A stretch of 64,000 nt of DNA from Aquificota bacterium (GCA_015486015.1 WFSL01000014.1:7650-71649); one strand, 5' to 3'. Numbered from the stretch's first letter, positions 12,767-23,118 are shown. Numbers and translations: made by a program. The notes: generated from the letters alone by a model not told the origin.

Positions 12767-13567
12767 TCAGAGCCCCAGCACCTGGGCCATATCATAGAGG
12801 CCTGGGGCCTTATCCACCACCCATTTAGTAGCCCTGATGGCACCGCGAGCAAAGGTTTCCCGGCTGTGAGCCCTATGGATAAGCTCCACCCTCTCTCCCA
12901 TGGTGGCGAATACCACAGTATGCTCACCCACCACGTCACCACCCCTTAAAGCCATAACCCCTATTTCCCCTCTCCTGCGTTCCCCAACTATGCCATAACG
13001 GCCATAGATCCCAATATCCTCCATGTTACGGCCCAAAGACCTTGCCACGCACTCTGCCAGTTTCATGGCGGTGCCACTGGGAGCATCCTTCTTGAACCTG
13101 TGATGCATCTCTACGATCTCTACGTCGTAGTCCTCCCCCAGGATCCTGGCCACCTCTCCCACCAATTTGAAGAGGAGATTCACACCAACGCTCATATTTG
13201 GGGCCCAGACGCACGGTATGTGTCCCGCTAATTCCTGGGCCTTCATCAGATCGGAACCCCTTAATCCAGTAGTGCCAATGACCATAGCTACTCCCAGTTT
13301 TACAGCAACCTCCAAGTGAGTAAGGGTGGCCTGGGGCTGAGTGAAGTCTATCACCACCTGGGTGTCTCCAGTGATGGCATCGTTCAAAGAGGAGACCACC
13401 CTCACTCCCTCTCCCACACCAAGAAGACCCTTCAAACCCTTCCCTATCCAAGGGTGCCCAGGGGCCTCTGTAGCCCCTACCAGCATTAGATCAGGATCCT
13501 CCTCCACCAAACGGGCGACAGTGGAGCCCATCCTTCCAGCCACACCAGTGACCACCACCCCTATCAT
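12767..13567 (-). CDS. dapB: 4-hydroxy-tetrahydrodipicolinate reductase
   Basis: GVAGRMG, IDFT, GTTG, EMHHRFKKDAPSGTA, GEHTV. Confidence 0.96.
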   Translation of the reverse strand: MIGVVVTGVAGRMGSTVARLVEEDPDLMLVGATEAPGHPWIGKGLKGLLGVGEGVRVVSSLNDAITGDTQVVIDFTQPQATLTHLEVAVKLGVAMVIGTTGLRGSDLMKAQELAGHIPCVWAPNMSVGVNLLFKLVGEVARILGEDYDVEIVEMHHRFKKDAPSGTAMKLAECVARSLGRNMEDIGIYGRYGIVGERRRGEIGVMALRGGDVVGEHTVVFATMGERVELIHRAHSRETFARGAIRATKWVVDKAPGLYDMAQVLGL

Positions 13568-13577
13568 GGTTCCATCC

Positions 13578-14462
13578 CTACCGGAGAAGGCCAAAATCTG
13601 CCAATACTTTCCTTAACCTCTTCCTATTCCCTTGGGACATGGGACACAGGGGTAACCTCAGCTCTTCTCGTATCTGACCCATCTCTGCAAGGGCAGTCTT
13701 CACAGGGATAGGGTTGGTTTCATAGAACATGGCCTCACACATGGGTTGCAGCCTATAGTGAAGCTCCTTTGCCTTTACATGATCCCCTCTCTTAAAGGAC
13801 TCCACCAGCTCTGCCATCATGGCAGGAAGCACATTGGCAACCACGGAGATAACGCCCTTTGCCCCTACACACAGGAGGGGATAAACAATGAAGTCGTCCC
13901 CAGAGAGGACACAGAAGTCAGTCCTGTCCACTAAGGCGAGGATCTCCGTAGTCCTCCTTACGGAACCTGTAGCTTCCTTTACACCCACGATCTGAGGTAG
14001 CTCGGCTAAGCGGGCAATAGTGCCAGGAAGAATATCTACCCCTGTACGACTAGGGACATTGTAAACGATGATGGGAAAATCCACTTCCCTCGCAAGATAG
14101 GCATAGTGCTGATAAAGGCACTCTTGGGGAGGCTTGTTGTAATAAGGGGTAATCACCAAGGCCGCATCAGCCCCAGACTCTTTGGCAAATCTGGTGAGCT
14201 CCAATGCCTCTGCTGTAGAATTGGATCCCGAACCGGCAATAACGGGTATCCTACCCTTTACCTGATCCACCACAATCTTCACCACCCTCTTGTGCTCATC
14301 ATAGCTGAGGGTGGCCGATTCACCAGTGGTCCCACATGGCACAATCCCGTGAGTTCCATTGGAAATGTGAAATTCCACCAGTGCCCTCAGCCTCTCCTCG
14401 TCCACCTCTCCCCCATTAAAGGGGGTAACAATAGCCACTATAGATCCCTCGAACATGACCAC
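13578..14462 (-). CDS. dapA: 4-hydroxy-tetrahydrodipicolinate synthase
   Basis: GTTGES, PYYNKP, YNVPSRTG, GVKEA, ETNPIPVK. Confidence 0.97.
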   Translation of the reverse strand: MVMFEGSIVAIVTPFNGGEVDEERLRALVEFHISNGTHGIVPCGTTGESATLSYDEHKRVVKIVVDQVKGRIPVIAGSGSNSTAEALELTRFAKESGADAALVITPYYNKPPQECLYQHYAYLAREVDFPIIVYNVPSRTGVDILPGTIARLAELPQIVGVKEATGSVRRTTEILALVDRTDFCVLSGDDFIVYPLLCVGAKGVISVVANVLPAMMAELVESFKRGDHVKAKELHYRLQPMCEAMFYETNPIPVKTALAEMGQIREELRLPLCPMSQGNRKRLRKVLADFGLLR

Positions 14463-14519
14463 CTCCTTATGCTTAACTCACTATTTTCAACCCTATCTCC
14501 AAATCACCAATTAACACCT

Positions 14520-15332
14520 TCACCACTGCCAAGACTCTTGCCTCATGTATCCATCATAAACCCATCTGGTAGCCCCTTGAAGGTATACATTGTTGCCTAT
14601 CTTTTCTATTGTAAGCACTTCTCCACTTCTTGTTACAACATCAACCACGCCCCCCTCCCGACCCCCAAGAGAGACAAGGGCGGCAGCAGCAGCCCCCGTG
14701 CCACATGCCAGAGTCTCCTCCTCCACACCCCTTTCGTAAGTCCTCATAACAAGACGATCACCGCCAAGTTCCTGGACAAAGTCCACGTTGGTACCCGCAG
14801 GTGAGAAGAGGGGATGGAAGCGGATTTTGCGCCCCAGACCTGACACATCAACCTTTTCCACATCCTCAACCGTGATTACCACATGGGGGACCCCTGTGTT
14901 TACGAAGGAGTACTCTATCCATTCCCCATCCACCTTCAGCTTTTCCTTCCACCTCCAGCCATGGGGACGGGTGAGCTGCACCTTCACTACCCCTCCATCC
15001 AGCACCTGGGCCCTAACCACCCCTGCCAAGGTCTCGAATGCCATGCTACTCGATGCTATCCCTTTCTCATATGCAAACCGGGCTGCGCACCTACCACCGT
15101 TACCACACATCTCTGCCTCAGAGCCATCCGAGTTGAAAAACCTCCACCGGAAATCTGCCACAGAAGAGGGCTCTATGAATATCATCCCATCTGCACCCAC
15201 AGATTGCGCACGGGCGCAGACTTTAGGGATCATCCCTCTAAACAACTCCACATCTATTCGCCTCATTGTGTTGTCCACCAGGATGAAATCGTTCCCACTC
15301 CCTGTTAACTTAGAAAAGGGTATCAAATCCAA
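14520..15332 (-). CDS. dapF: Diaminopimelate epimerase
   Basis: GNDF, EMCGNG, TGVPH, ERGVEEETLACGTG. Confidence 0.96.
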   Translation of the reverse strand: MDLIPFSKLTGSGNDFILVDNTMRRIDVELFRGMIPKVCARAQSVGADGMIFIEPSSVADFRWRFFNSDGSEAEMCGNGGRCAARFAYEKGIASSSMAFETLAGVVRAQVLDGGVVKVQLTRPHGWRWKEKLKVDGEWIEYSFVNTGVPHVVITVEDVEKVDVSGLGRKIRFHPLFSPAGTNVDFVQELGGDRLVMRTYERGVEEETLACGTGAAAAALVSLGGREGGVVDVVTRSGEVLTIEKIGNNVYLQGATRWVYDGYMRQESWQW

Positions 15333-15341
15333 CTCTATCCC

Positions 15342-16613
15342 CTAAGAACTCTGCTCAGACAGGAGAAACCGGGGGATCCTTTCGCCCCTTACCAGATCCT
15401 CGTACCTTTCCCTCTCCCTCACTACCCAAAACCTATCACCACTCACCAGCACTTCGGCCACCCTGGGCCTGGAGTTATAGTTGCTGGACATAGTAAAACC
15501 ATAGGCACCCGCACTCATCACAGCCAAAAGGTCCCCCTGTTTGAGTTCTGGGAGTTCCCTATCTTGGGCCAGGAAGTCTCCGCTCTCACATATAGGGCCC
15601 ACCACGTCTGCCACCATGGCGCCGGCAGCCCTCTCCTCCACGGGCAAGATAGCATGATAGGCACCATACAGGCTGGGCCTTGCAAGGTCATTCATGGCAG
15701 CGTCCACCACCACAAATCTCTTCACCCTCCCTTTCTTCAAGTAGAGGACCTTAGTAAGGAGTATCCCTGCGTTTCCAGCGATTACCCTACCAGGTTCAAG
15801 GATAAGGGTGAGCCCCCTCCCTTCCAAGAGAGGCCTTATTGCGCTGGCCAGCTCCGCCGGTGGAGGAGGAGACTCGTCTTTGTATTGGATACCCAACCCA
15901 CCACCCATGTCTACATAGGATATATCCAGGCCAAGTCCCCTGAGACGATCTACCAATCCCAACACCTTCCCAAGCGCCTCCACAAAAGGTGCCACTTGAG
16001 TGATTTGCGACCCAATGTGACAATGTACTCCCCTCACCTGAATGCATGGCAGACGAGCTGCGGTTTCGTACTCTTCTACTATCTCCTCTATGGCTATCCC
16101 AAACTTACTCTTTTTAAGGCCAGTGGAGATATAGGGGTGTGTCTTGGGATCCACATCGGGATTGACCCTCAGGGCTACAGGGGCCTTAATCTTCAGCCTG
16201 CATGCTACCTCCTCCAAGGTCTCCAGCTCCTGATCAGACTCCACATTAAACATAAGGATACCCACCCTCAGTGCATACTCCATCTCCTGAGCCGTTTTCC
16301 CCACCCCAGCAAACACGATTCTCTCAGGATCCACCCCAGCCCTCAATGCCCTGAACAGCTCTCCCCCCGAGACGACATCCATGCCACTGCCCTCCTTTGC
16401 CAGGGCCTTAAGAACAGCTATGTTTGAATTGGCCTTTACAGCGAAACAGACCAGATGGGGAATGGCAGAGAAGGCCTCATCCATCACCCTGAAGTGGCGA
16501 ATGAGAGTAGAGTAACTGTAAACGTAACAAGGGGTACCCACCTCCAAGGCTATCTCTCTAAGGGGAACATCCTCACAGTGGAGTACCCCTTCTCTATAAT
16601 TGAAGTGGTGCAT
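15342..16613 (-). CDS. lysA: Diaminopimelate decarboxylase
   Basis: AVKAN, SKFG, HIGSQ, EPGR, GPICESGD, MSSNYNSR. Confidence 0.97.
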   Translation of the reverse strand: MHHFNYREGVLHCEDVPLREIALEVGTPCYVYSYSTLIRHFRVMDEAFSAIPHLVCFAVKANSNIAVLKALAKEGSGMDVVSGGELFRALRAGVDPERIVFAGVGKTAQEMEYALRVGILMFNVESDQELETLEEVACRLKIKAPVALRVNPDVDPKTHPYISTGLKKSKFGIAIEEIVEEYETAARLPCIQVRGVHCHIGSQITQVAPFVEALGKVLGLVDRLRGLGLDISYVDMGGGLGIQYKDESPPPPAELASAIRPLLEGRGLTLILEPGRVIAGNAGILLTKVLYLKKGRVKRFVVVDAAMNDLARPSLYGAYHAILPVEERAAGAMVADVVGPICESGDFLAQDRELPELKQGDLLAVMSAGAYGFTMSSNYNSRPRVAEVLVSGDRFWVVRERERYEDLVRGERIPRFLLSEQSS

Positions 16614-17582
16614 CTACTTCACCCCGGAGGGAACCTGTATAGCCACAGCCTTCGATGGTGCACTCACGTTACCCACCAGATCCACAGAAGCTACCCTGTA
16701 CTCGTACCTCTGCCCATGCTTCACAGTCCCATCCACATAGGTTGGTTGCATAATGCACTCTTTCACCACCCTCTTCCACTCCCCACCAGCCTTCCTCCTA
16801 TACAAGTAATACCCAGCCAGGTCCTTGGCATACACAGGCTCCCACGCTATGTAGACAGCCCCTTTTCTATAATAGAGGGAGAGCCCCTTAGGTACAGGCG
16901 GAGGCACTGTGTCCATGGGCGTGGCAGAAACTTCTGTAGAAGGATAACCTTCTACCGCCAATATGCCCTTTTGCCTGACTCCCCTCATCACGTAAAAATA
17001 CGTCACTCCATTCTCAACATCGCCGTCCTTAAACACGTTCCCCCTCACCACTGCCAGGGGCATAATACTATACTTTCCCTTTCCCACCCTCCTATAGAGC
17101 GAGAAGGTGCCCTTTCCCTTCCAATAGAGCATCACCTTATCTTGAAAACCTTTGGCTGATACCTGAAGTGGAGGGCTTGGCCATGGACCTACCTTCACTG
17201 AAGCCTCCATAGGTATACCCCATGCCAAGACCTTTGGTCTCACTACATACTGATAAAACATTCCCTCCCGGGCCCCTCTATCCACCACTGTGACCAAGGA
17301 CCCGGGATCACCTCTATCCTCTGCAACAAGGACACACCTCTCCCCTATGCACCTCTCTACCTTATAAAAGACGCCCGTTTCTATCTTCCCCCGTCTTACA
17401 AGCTTACGGGGCAACAGGAAGGTGAGATAGACCCCGTCTGGCCGCTCTTTTATCTCCTTTATCTCCACGGGACGAGGCATATAGCTCCTGGGAGGCACGG
17501 GAGGGGTCTTATGACCGCAACCCAATAGGAGCAAAAAGACAAAGAGGAGTATACTCAAATATCCCTTAACCGATCTTCCCAT
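16614..17582 (-). CDS. Fibronectin type III domain lipoprotein
   Basis: Lipobox LLGC-GHKTPP; FN3-like repeats ending TYFYV and YEYRVASVD..GN.S. Confidence 0.8.
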   Translation of the reverse strand: MGRSVKGYLSILLFVFLLLLGCGHKTPPVPPRSYMPRPVEIKEIKERPDGVYLTFLLPRKLVRRGKIETGVFYKVERCIGERCVLVAEDRGDPGSLVTVVDRGAREGMFYQYVVRPKVLAWGIPMEASVKVGPWPSPPLQVSAKGFQDKVMLYWKGKGTFSLYRRVGKGKYSIMPLAVVRGNVFKDGDVENGVTYFYVMRGVRQKGILAVEGYPSTEVSATPMDTVPPPVPKGLSLYYRKGAVYIAWEPVYAKDLAGYYLYRRKAGGEWKRVVKECIMQPTYVDGTVKHGQRYEYRVASVDLVGNVSAPSKAVAIQVPSGVK

Positions 17583-18949
17583 GCCTTCAATCTCTCATCC
17601 ACTTGTTCCCTGGCAGTGCCTCCCCCGGATGTCCTGCTATCTACCCCATACTTGATATCCAATACCTTATATATATCCCCTTCAACCATGGGGCAGGCCC
17701 CCCTCATTTCCTCCAGGGAGAGATCCTCCAGGGTGCAACCCTTGTCAAGACAGTAGGCCACAAGTCTCCCCGCCATTCTATGGGCCTCTCTAAAGGGGAC
17801 ACCCTTCTTAACCAGATAGTCTGCCAAGTCGGTAGCGTTAGTGAATCCCTCTCTGGCCCTCTTCTCCATCTCGTCTACATTAAACTGCAACTTCGTATAA
17901 AGGTGTGACATGGCCTTGAGGCTCATCTTTAAGGTATCTACCGTATCGAAGAGGGGCTCTTTGTCCTCCTGAAGATCCCTGTTGTAAGCGAGGGGCAATC
18001 CCTTCATCACCACCAAAAGAGAGACCAGGTTACCCACCACTCTCCCTGTCTTTCCCCTTACCAGCTCTGCAACGTCTGGGTTCTTCTTTTGAGGCATGAT
18101 GCTGGATCCGGTACAACAGGAGTCAGGTAGCTCGACAAAAGAGAACTCAGGGGAACTCCATAACACGAGCTCCCCCGCCATGCGGGACAGGTGGACCATG
18201 GCTATAGCAGCGTGCGAGAGGAACTCCAAAATGAAATCTCTATCTGAGACCGCATCCATGGCATTAGCCAATACTCTCGAAAAACCCAACTTTTTTGAGA
18301 CCCATTCCCTGTCAATAGGGAGGGAAGTGCCTGCCAAGGCACCAGCACCCAATGGACATTCGTTCACCCTCTTGAGGCAGTCCAAAAATCTCTCTCTGTC
18401 CCTTTCCAACATCTCTACATAGGCCAAAAGGTGGAAGGCGAGCCTCACCGGCTGGGCATGTTGAAGATGGGTGAAGCCCGGCATGATAGCGTCCAAGTGT
18501 TCCCTGGCCCTCTCTACGAGGGCCTTTTGAAGGCACCTTATCCCCTCAACTATGCCTCGCACCTCCTCCCTAAGGTAGAGGCGCTCATCCAATACCACCT
18601 GATCATTCCTGCTTCGGGCCGTATGAAGTTTGCCTCCCAAGGGCCCCACCTTCTCTATGAGGCGGGCCTCAATATTCATATGGACGTCTTCTAAGGATGG
18701 GCTTGGCTGAAAGACACCCTCTTCAATCTCCCTCTCTATCTCCAACAACGCCTCAACAATCCTTTCCCCTTCCTCAGGCCTAAGAACCCCCTGCTTAACC
18801 AGCATCTCACAATGGGCCACGGAGCCCTTTATGTCTTGTTTGTAAAGCTTCACATCGTATTGGATAGATTGGGTTAAGGTCTCTACCACCCTATCCGGAT
18901 CCTCCAAAAACCTCCCTCCCCAAGGCTTTTTCACTGTTTTATCCTGCAT
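17555..18949 (-). CDS. argH: Argininosuccinate lyase
   Basis: WGGRF, EDVH, RSRNDQ, GSSIMPQKKNPD, YNRDLQEDK. Confidence 0.97.
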   Translation of the reverse strand: MQDKTVKKPWGGRFLEDPDRVVETLTQSIQYDVKLYKQDIKGSVAHCEMLVKQGVLRPEEGERIVEALLEIEREIEEGVFQPSPSLEDVHMNIEARLIEKVGPLGGKLHTARSRNDQVVLDERLYLREEVRGIVEGIRCLQKALVERAREHLDAIMPGFTHLQHAQPVRLAFHLLAYVEMLERDRERFLDCLKRVNECPLGAGALAGTSLPIDREWVSKKLGFSRVLANAMDAVSDRDFILEFLSHAAIAMVHLSRMAGELVLWSSPEFSFVELPDSCCTGSSIMPQKKNPDVAELVRGKTGRVVGNLVSLLVVMKGLPLAYNRDLQEDKEPLFDTVDTLKMSLKAMSHLYTKLQFNVDEMEKRAREGFTNATDLADYLVKKGVPFREAHRMAGRLVAYCLDKGCTLEDLSLEEMRGACPMVEGDIYKVLDIKYGVDSRTSGGGTAREQVDERLKAWEDRLRDI

Positions 18950-20024
18950 GGCTCATCCTAACCCTATCCAACATGTTTACTATTTCTTCTTGCAAAGGGG
19001 AAGCAAAGAGGGCCTGTTCGTAAGTGATATAGCCCTTTTCGTACAAAGAGACTAAGGACTGATTCATGGTCTGCATGCCGTGGTGAGACTGGCCTGACTG
19101 CATCACAGAATAGACCTGATGGAGCTTATTCTCACGGATGAGGTTCCTTACAGCGGGCGTAGGTACCAGGACCTCAGAGGCAAGGACCAAGCCCTTCCCA
19201 TTTGCCCTTGGAAGAAGCTGCTGGCTAATGATCCCTTCAAGCACAAAGGAAAGCTGCGTTCTGATCTGGGTCTGCTGGTGAGAAGGGAAAGAGTCTATGA
19301 TCCTATTGATGCTCTCCACTGCCGAGTTGGTGTGGAGTGTAGCAAAGGTGAGATGTCCTGTTTCAGCTATGGTTAGAGCTGCCTGCATGCTTTCCAGATC
19401 CCTCATCTCCCCTATAAGCACTACATCAGGATCTTGCCTCAGCACATATCGGAGGGCCTTCTTGAACGACTCTGTATCAGAGCCCACCTCCCTCTGGTTC
19501 ACCAGGCACTTCTTATGAGGGTGCAGATACTCAATAGGATCCTCCACCGTAATAATGTGCTTGTTGTAACTCTCATTAATCCTGTCAATGAAGGCTGCCA
19601 GAGTGGTTGACTTACCAGACCCTGTAGGACCTGTAACCAGAATGAGCCCCTTAGGCTTATTCACAAAGGAGAAGACGACAGGGGGAAGACCTAAACGCTC
19701 CAGTGGAACAACAGTGTAAGGGATACGTCTGAAGGCCCCAGCCACAGCTCCTCTCTGACGAAACACATTGGTCCTGAACCTGGCCAATCCCCTGATACCG
19801 AAAGAGAAATCCACCTCGTGCTCCTCATCAAACCTCTGCTTTTGAGCATCATTCATTACGCTGAAACAGAGCCTGTGTGTATCTGCAGGGCCCAACACAC
19901 CCACCCCAGGCACCGGTACAAGTTCCCCATTGATCCTCACCTTCGGGGGGGCCCCAGTGGTGATATGCAGATCCGTAGCGTCCTTTTCCACCATGTACTT
20001 TAACAAATCCTCCAAGCTCTCCAT
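18939..20024 (-). CDS. pilT: Type IV pilus retraction ATPase
   Basis: TDLH, GPTGSGKSTT, EDPIE, LRQDPD, AETGH, AVRNLIRE. Confidence 0.95.
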   Translation of the reverse strand: MESLEDLLKYMVEKDATDLHITTGAPPKVRINGELVPVPGVGVLGPADTHRLCFSVMNDAQKQRFDEEHEVDFSFGIRGLARFRTNVFRQRGAVAGAFRRIPYTVVPLERLGLPPVVFSFVNKPKGLILVTGPTGSGKSTTLAAFIDRINESYNKHIITVEDPIEYLHPHKKCLVNQREVGSDTESFKKALRYVLRQDPDVVLIGEMRDLESMQAALTIAETGHLTFATLHTNSAVESINRIIDSFPSHQQTQIRTQLSFVLEGIISQQLLPRANGKGLVLASEVLVPTPAVRNLIRENKLHQVYSVMQSGQSHHGMQTMNQSLVSLYEKGYITYEQALFASPLQEEIVNMLDRVRMSHAG

Positions 20025-20032
20025 CTCCCCTC

Positions 20033-21733
20033 CTAAGCTGTAACCCTCATCACCTCTTCTAAGGTAGTCACCCCCTCCATGGCCTTTCTGATGCCCACCT
20101 CTCTCAAGGTCCTCATCCCTTCCTCTATGGCAACATCCCTTATATGGTCAGCCGTCGCCTTCTCTACTATCATGTCCATGATCCGCCTGGAAATAGGCAT
20201 CACCTCGAAAAGGGCGATCCTGCCTTTATACCCTGTATCTCCACAACTGGCACAGCCCTCACCTCTGTAAAAGGTCTGGTTCCGGGCCTCTATCCCCAGT
20301 TTCTCCAACACTGCCTTAGGCGGGATATACTCTTTTCTGCAAGAGCGACATATCCTCCTCACCAACCGCTGTGCCACTACCAGCTTTAAAGATGAAGAGA
20401 CCAGAAATGGCTCTACTCCCATGTCCACCAGCCTTGTCACACTGCTCGGGGCATCGTTGGTGTGGAGCGTAGAGAAGACCAGGTGACCCGTTAAGGCAGC
20501 CTTTATAGCTATATCAGCGGTCTCGTAATCCCTGATCTCCCCCACAAGGATGATGTCCGGATCCTGCCTCAAAAAGGCCCTCATGGCAGAGGCAAAGGTA
20601 AGGCCTATACTCTCCCTCACCTGCAATTGATTTATCCCCTCAAAGTTGTACTCCACAGGGTCTTCCGCAGTCATAATGTTCACCTCGGAATTGTTGAGGC
20701 GAACGAGCGCCGAATAGAGGGTAGTGGTCTTTCCAGAACCTGTGGGGCCCGTCAAAAGGACCATCCCATAAGGCCTCTCTGTGGCCTCAATAAAGAGCTT
20801 TAGCTGATCCTCCTCAAAACCCAAGTTGGTGAGGTCGAAGACCAATCCTGACTTGCTTAAAAGCCTCAACACCACCTTTTCACCAAAGACCGTAGGCACA
20901 GTAGAGACCCGAATATCCACCTCCTCACCCTTCACCCTCACCTTAACGCGGCCATCCTGAGGTACACGGCGCTCCATGATATCCAGGTTAGACATGATCT
21001 TGACTCTGGCTACCACTGCATCCTTGAGGCGCAAGGGGATGTCCATCTGGTCATAAAGTACCCCGTCTATCCTGAAGCGCACCCTAAATCTCTTCCCGTA
21101 TGGCTCTATGTGGATATCACTGGACCTCTTAGCAAGGGCGTCTGCGATAAGGAAGTTAACCAGTCTGATCACAGGGGCCTCGCGGGCCAGATCCTCACCC
21201 ACCGAGATTTCGCTCTCTTCTTCCTCTACCACCTCGACACTGTCTCTACCCACCTCTTGGAAGACGTCCCTGAGCAGGCCGAGCTGGGGACTGTAGAGCC
21301 TTTCTATCACACTATCTACGAAAGTTTCAGAGGTGAGAAGTACCTTTACGTTGTGGCCCGTTGCAAAGCGGATATGATCGAGGGTGCTCAAATCGAGTAC
21401 ATCTGTTGAGGCGACAAGTAAGGCCCCTTCCTCCATCTTTAGGGGCACCACCCTGAACATCCTGGCCAGCTTCTCAGGAAAGCACTTGGCCAGGTCTAAA
21501 TCCACATCTTCTGCCCCGGGTATCGTCCCTTCAAGGTTAGTGAAGGCCCTGTACTCCTCTAATACCTTCCCCAACTCATCCCTGGAAATGTACCCCTTCT
21601 CAACCAGTATATCCCCTACCCTTTGAGCAGTAACCGTTTGGGCCTGCAAGGCTTCCTCCACCTGCTGGGCGGAGACAAGCCCCTTCTTCACCAAGATCTC
21701 TCCCAACTTCAGCTTTAATACCGCTGATCCCAT
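20033..21733 (-). CDS. pilB: Type IV pilus/T2SS assembly ATPase
   Basis: N-terminal KLGEILV (MshEN-like), SDIHIEP, GPTGSGKTT, LRQDPD, LTGH, CxxC..CxxC. Confidence 0.93.
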   Translation of the reverse strand: MGSAVLKLKLGEILVKKGLVSAQQVEEALQAQTVTAQRVGDILVEKGYISRDELGKVLEEYRAFTNLEGTIPGAEDVDLDLAKCFPEKLARMFRVVPLKMEEGALLVASTDVLDLSTLDHIRFATGHNVKVLLTSETFVDSVIERLYSPQLGLLRDVFQEVGRDSVEVVEEEESEISVGEDLAREAPVIRLVNFLIADALAKRSSDIHIEPYGKRFRVRFRIDGVLYDQMDIPLRLKDAVVARVKIMSNLDIMERRVPQDGRVKVRVKGEEVDIRVSTVPTVFGEKVVLRLLSKSGLVFDLTNLGFEEDQLKLFIEATERPYGMVLLTGPTGSGKTTTLYSALVRLNNSEVNIMTAEDPVEYNFEGINQLQVRESIGLTFASAMRAFLRQDPDIILVGEIRDYETADIAIKAALTGHLVFSTLHTNDAPSSVTRLVDMGVEPFLVSSSLKLVVAQRLVRRICRSCRKEYIPPKAVLEKLGIEARNQTFYRGEGCASCGDTGYKGRIALFEVMPISRRIMDMIVEKATADHIRDVAIEEGMRTLREVGIRKAMEGVTTLEEVMRVTA

Positions 21734-21923
21734 CCCACTATACCCTTACAAGTACCTATAACCTAACCTGAGCAACTTTGCTACCACTTTCCGTTGGGCT
21801 TCACCGACAGGATAGAAGAGACTTACCAAAATCAGTATCCATAAGAACTCCCGCAATCTTAAATTGGACCTGGATGCCCGCCCAACGAACTGTGTTGGGA
21901 GATCCCTTAACACATGTGAAGGC

Positions 21924-22000
21924 TGGTGGCGGTGGAGGGACTTGAACCCCCGACTCGGCGGATATGAGCCGCCTGCTCTCACCAACTGAGCTACACCGCC
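21924..22000 (-). tRNA. tRNA-Met (CAT), elongator type
   Basis: Minus strand reads GGCGGTGTAGCTCAGTTGGTGAGAGCAGGCGGCTCATATCCGCCGAGTCGGGGGTTCAAGTCCCTCCACCGCCACCA; 77-nt cloverleaf, anticodon CAT, encoded CCA, paired G1-C72 so not initiator. Confidence 0.93.
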
Positions 22001-22013
22001 GGGCAGAAATCTA

Positions 22014-22625
22014 TTAGTCCCTATGAAAAGCCGTGTCAAGGCCAGTATGTTCAGGGAAGCCCAGGTATAGAACCTTTTTATCCCTCCTGGGCGGGACCTT
22101 GGGGACCTCGTCTGGATATCCCATGGGGATGAGGGCCACCAGCTTCTTGCCTTCAATACCCAGAAGCTTATTAAATTCTTTCTCCATATTTAGTGGACCT
22201 GTCATCCAGCATGTCCCGAGCCCCCTCTCATAAGCCAGGAGCAGCAGATTCTGTATAGCCGCAGACACACTCTGAACATCTGTGAACATACTCTCTGGAC
22301 CTGGCTCAGCATAGGCAAATACTACTATGGGGGCCCCTCCAAGAGTAGCGAAGAAACTTCTTGTCTCCTCCACCACATGGGGCTTGTGTTGAAAGACCCT
22401 CTCCACCTTCTTGCCGATGTACGTGAGATATCCCTTGTAGCATATCTCCACCACCCTGTCCCGGATATCTCCAGAAACCGCCACAAAAAACCAATTCTGA
22501 CGATTCATGCCAGAGGGTGCCCACATGGCGACCTCCAATATCTCCTCCAGCACCTCCTTGGGCACCGGATGGTGCTTATACCTCCTCACACTCCTTCTAC
22601 CCAATATGGCCTCCCTGAGCTCCAC
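22014..22625 (-). CDS. Nitroreductase family protein
   Basis: RRSVRRY, APSGMNRQNW, AAIQNLLL, GLGTCWM, GYP; GTG start at 22625. Confidence 0.92.
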   Translation of the reverse strand: MELREAILGRRSVRRYKHHPVPKEVLEEILEVAMWAPSGMNRQNWFFVAVSGDIRDRVVEICYKGYLTYIGKKVERVFQHKPHVVEETRSFFATLGGAPIVVFAYAEPGPESMFTDVQSVSAAIQNLLLLAYERGLGTCWMTGPLNMEKEFNKLLGIEGKKLVALIPMGYPDEVPKVPPRRDKKVLYLGFPEHTGLDTAFHRD

Positions 22626-22714
22626 ACCTCTTCCCCCACAAATCGGGCTTTGACAAGGACTACCATTGGACCTATCTTCTGTAAAGGGTATATTCAAGAC
22701 ATAGGAGTTATTTA

Positions 22715-23116
22715 ATGAGTTTCGGTATAAACCCAAGGGTATATTTTATCCTGGAAGAAGGGGAATTGTCTCAGGAGATAGAGCATCCCCAGTTCCCTTT
22801 AGTAGATATGTATATTTCCCAAGGATGTATCTATCTGGAGTTAGAGATACCGGGCGTGGAACCCCAAGAGGTGAGCCTAACCCTTGAGGGTGCTCAGCTC
22901 ATCATCGAGGGCATTAAGAGGGAAAGGGGGATGTCGCCCAAGCCCCTTTCCTTTATAAGAATGGAGAGGTTCTCCGGACCCTTTAAGAGGTACATATCAT
23001 TGCCCCAATCCATAGACAGGGAAAAGGTGACCGCCACATATAAAAAAGGGGTGCTCTATGTCAAGATTCCCATTAAAACAGAGGATGGGAGAGTAGAAAT
23101 AGAAGGAGAGGACTAA
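22715..23116 (+). CDS. Small heat-shock protein (Hsp20)
   Basis: PLVD, EIPGV, ER..G.F.R.I.LP, A.YKKGVL.V.IP; directly upstream of lon. Confidence 0.88.
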   Translation: MSFGINPRVYFILEEGELSQEIEHPQFPLVDMYISQGCIYLELEIPGVEPQEVSLTLEGAQLIIEGIKRERGMSPKPLSFIRMERFSGPFKRYISLPQSIDREKVTATYKKGVLYVKIPIKTEDGRVEIEGED

Positions 23117-23118
23117 AG

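Noticed and set aside
14106-17159. Long plus-strand ORFs opposite dapA, dapF, lysA and the lipoprotein, and similar ones opposite the TCA genes
   Set aside because: Antisense shadows of well-supported minus-strand genes.
21734-21923. Possible c-di-GMP riboswitch upstream of pilB
   Set aside because: It has GAAA/GCAAA words and a small hairpin, but I could not fold the GEMM P1/P2 architecture. An Infernal/Rfam scan would decide.
21924-22000. tRNA as Ile2 or initiator, or as an integration site
   Set aside because: The G1-C72 pair excludes initiator and the GGCGGTG acceptor stem fits elongator Met better than Ile2. No integrase or duplicated tRNA 3' end was seen.
21746-22156. 136-aa minus-strand ORF
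   Set aside because: It runs through the tRNA-Met gene (GGVAQLVRAG is translated tRNA), so it is spurious.
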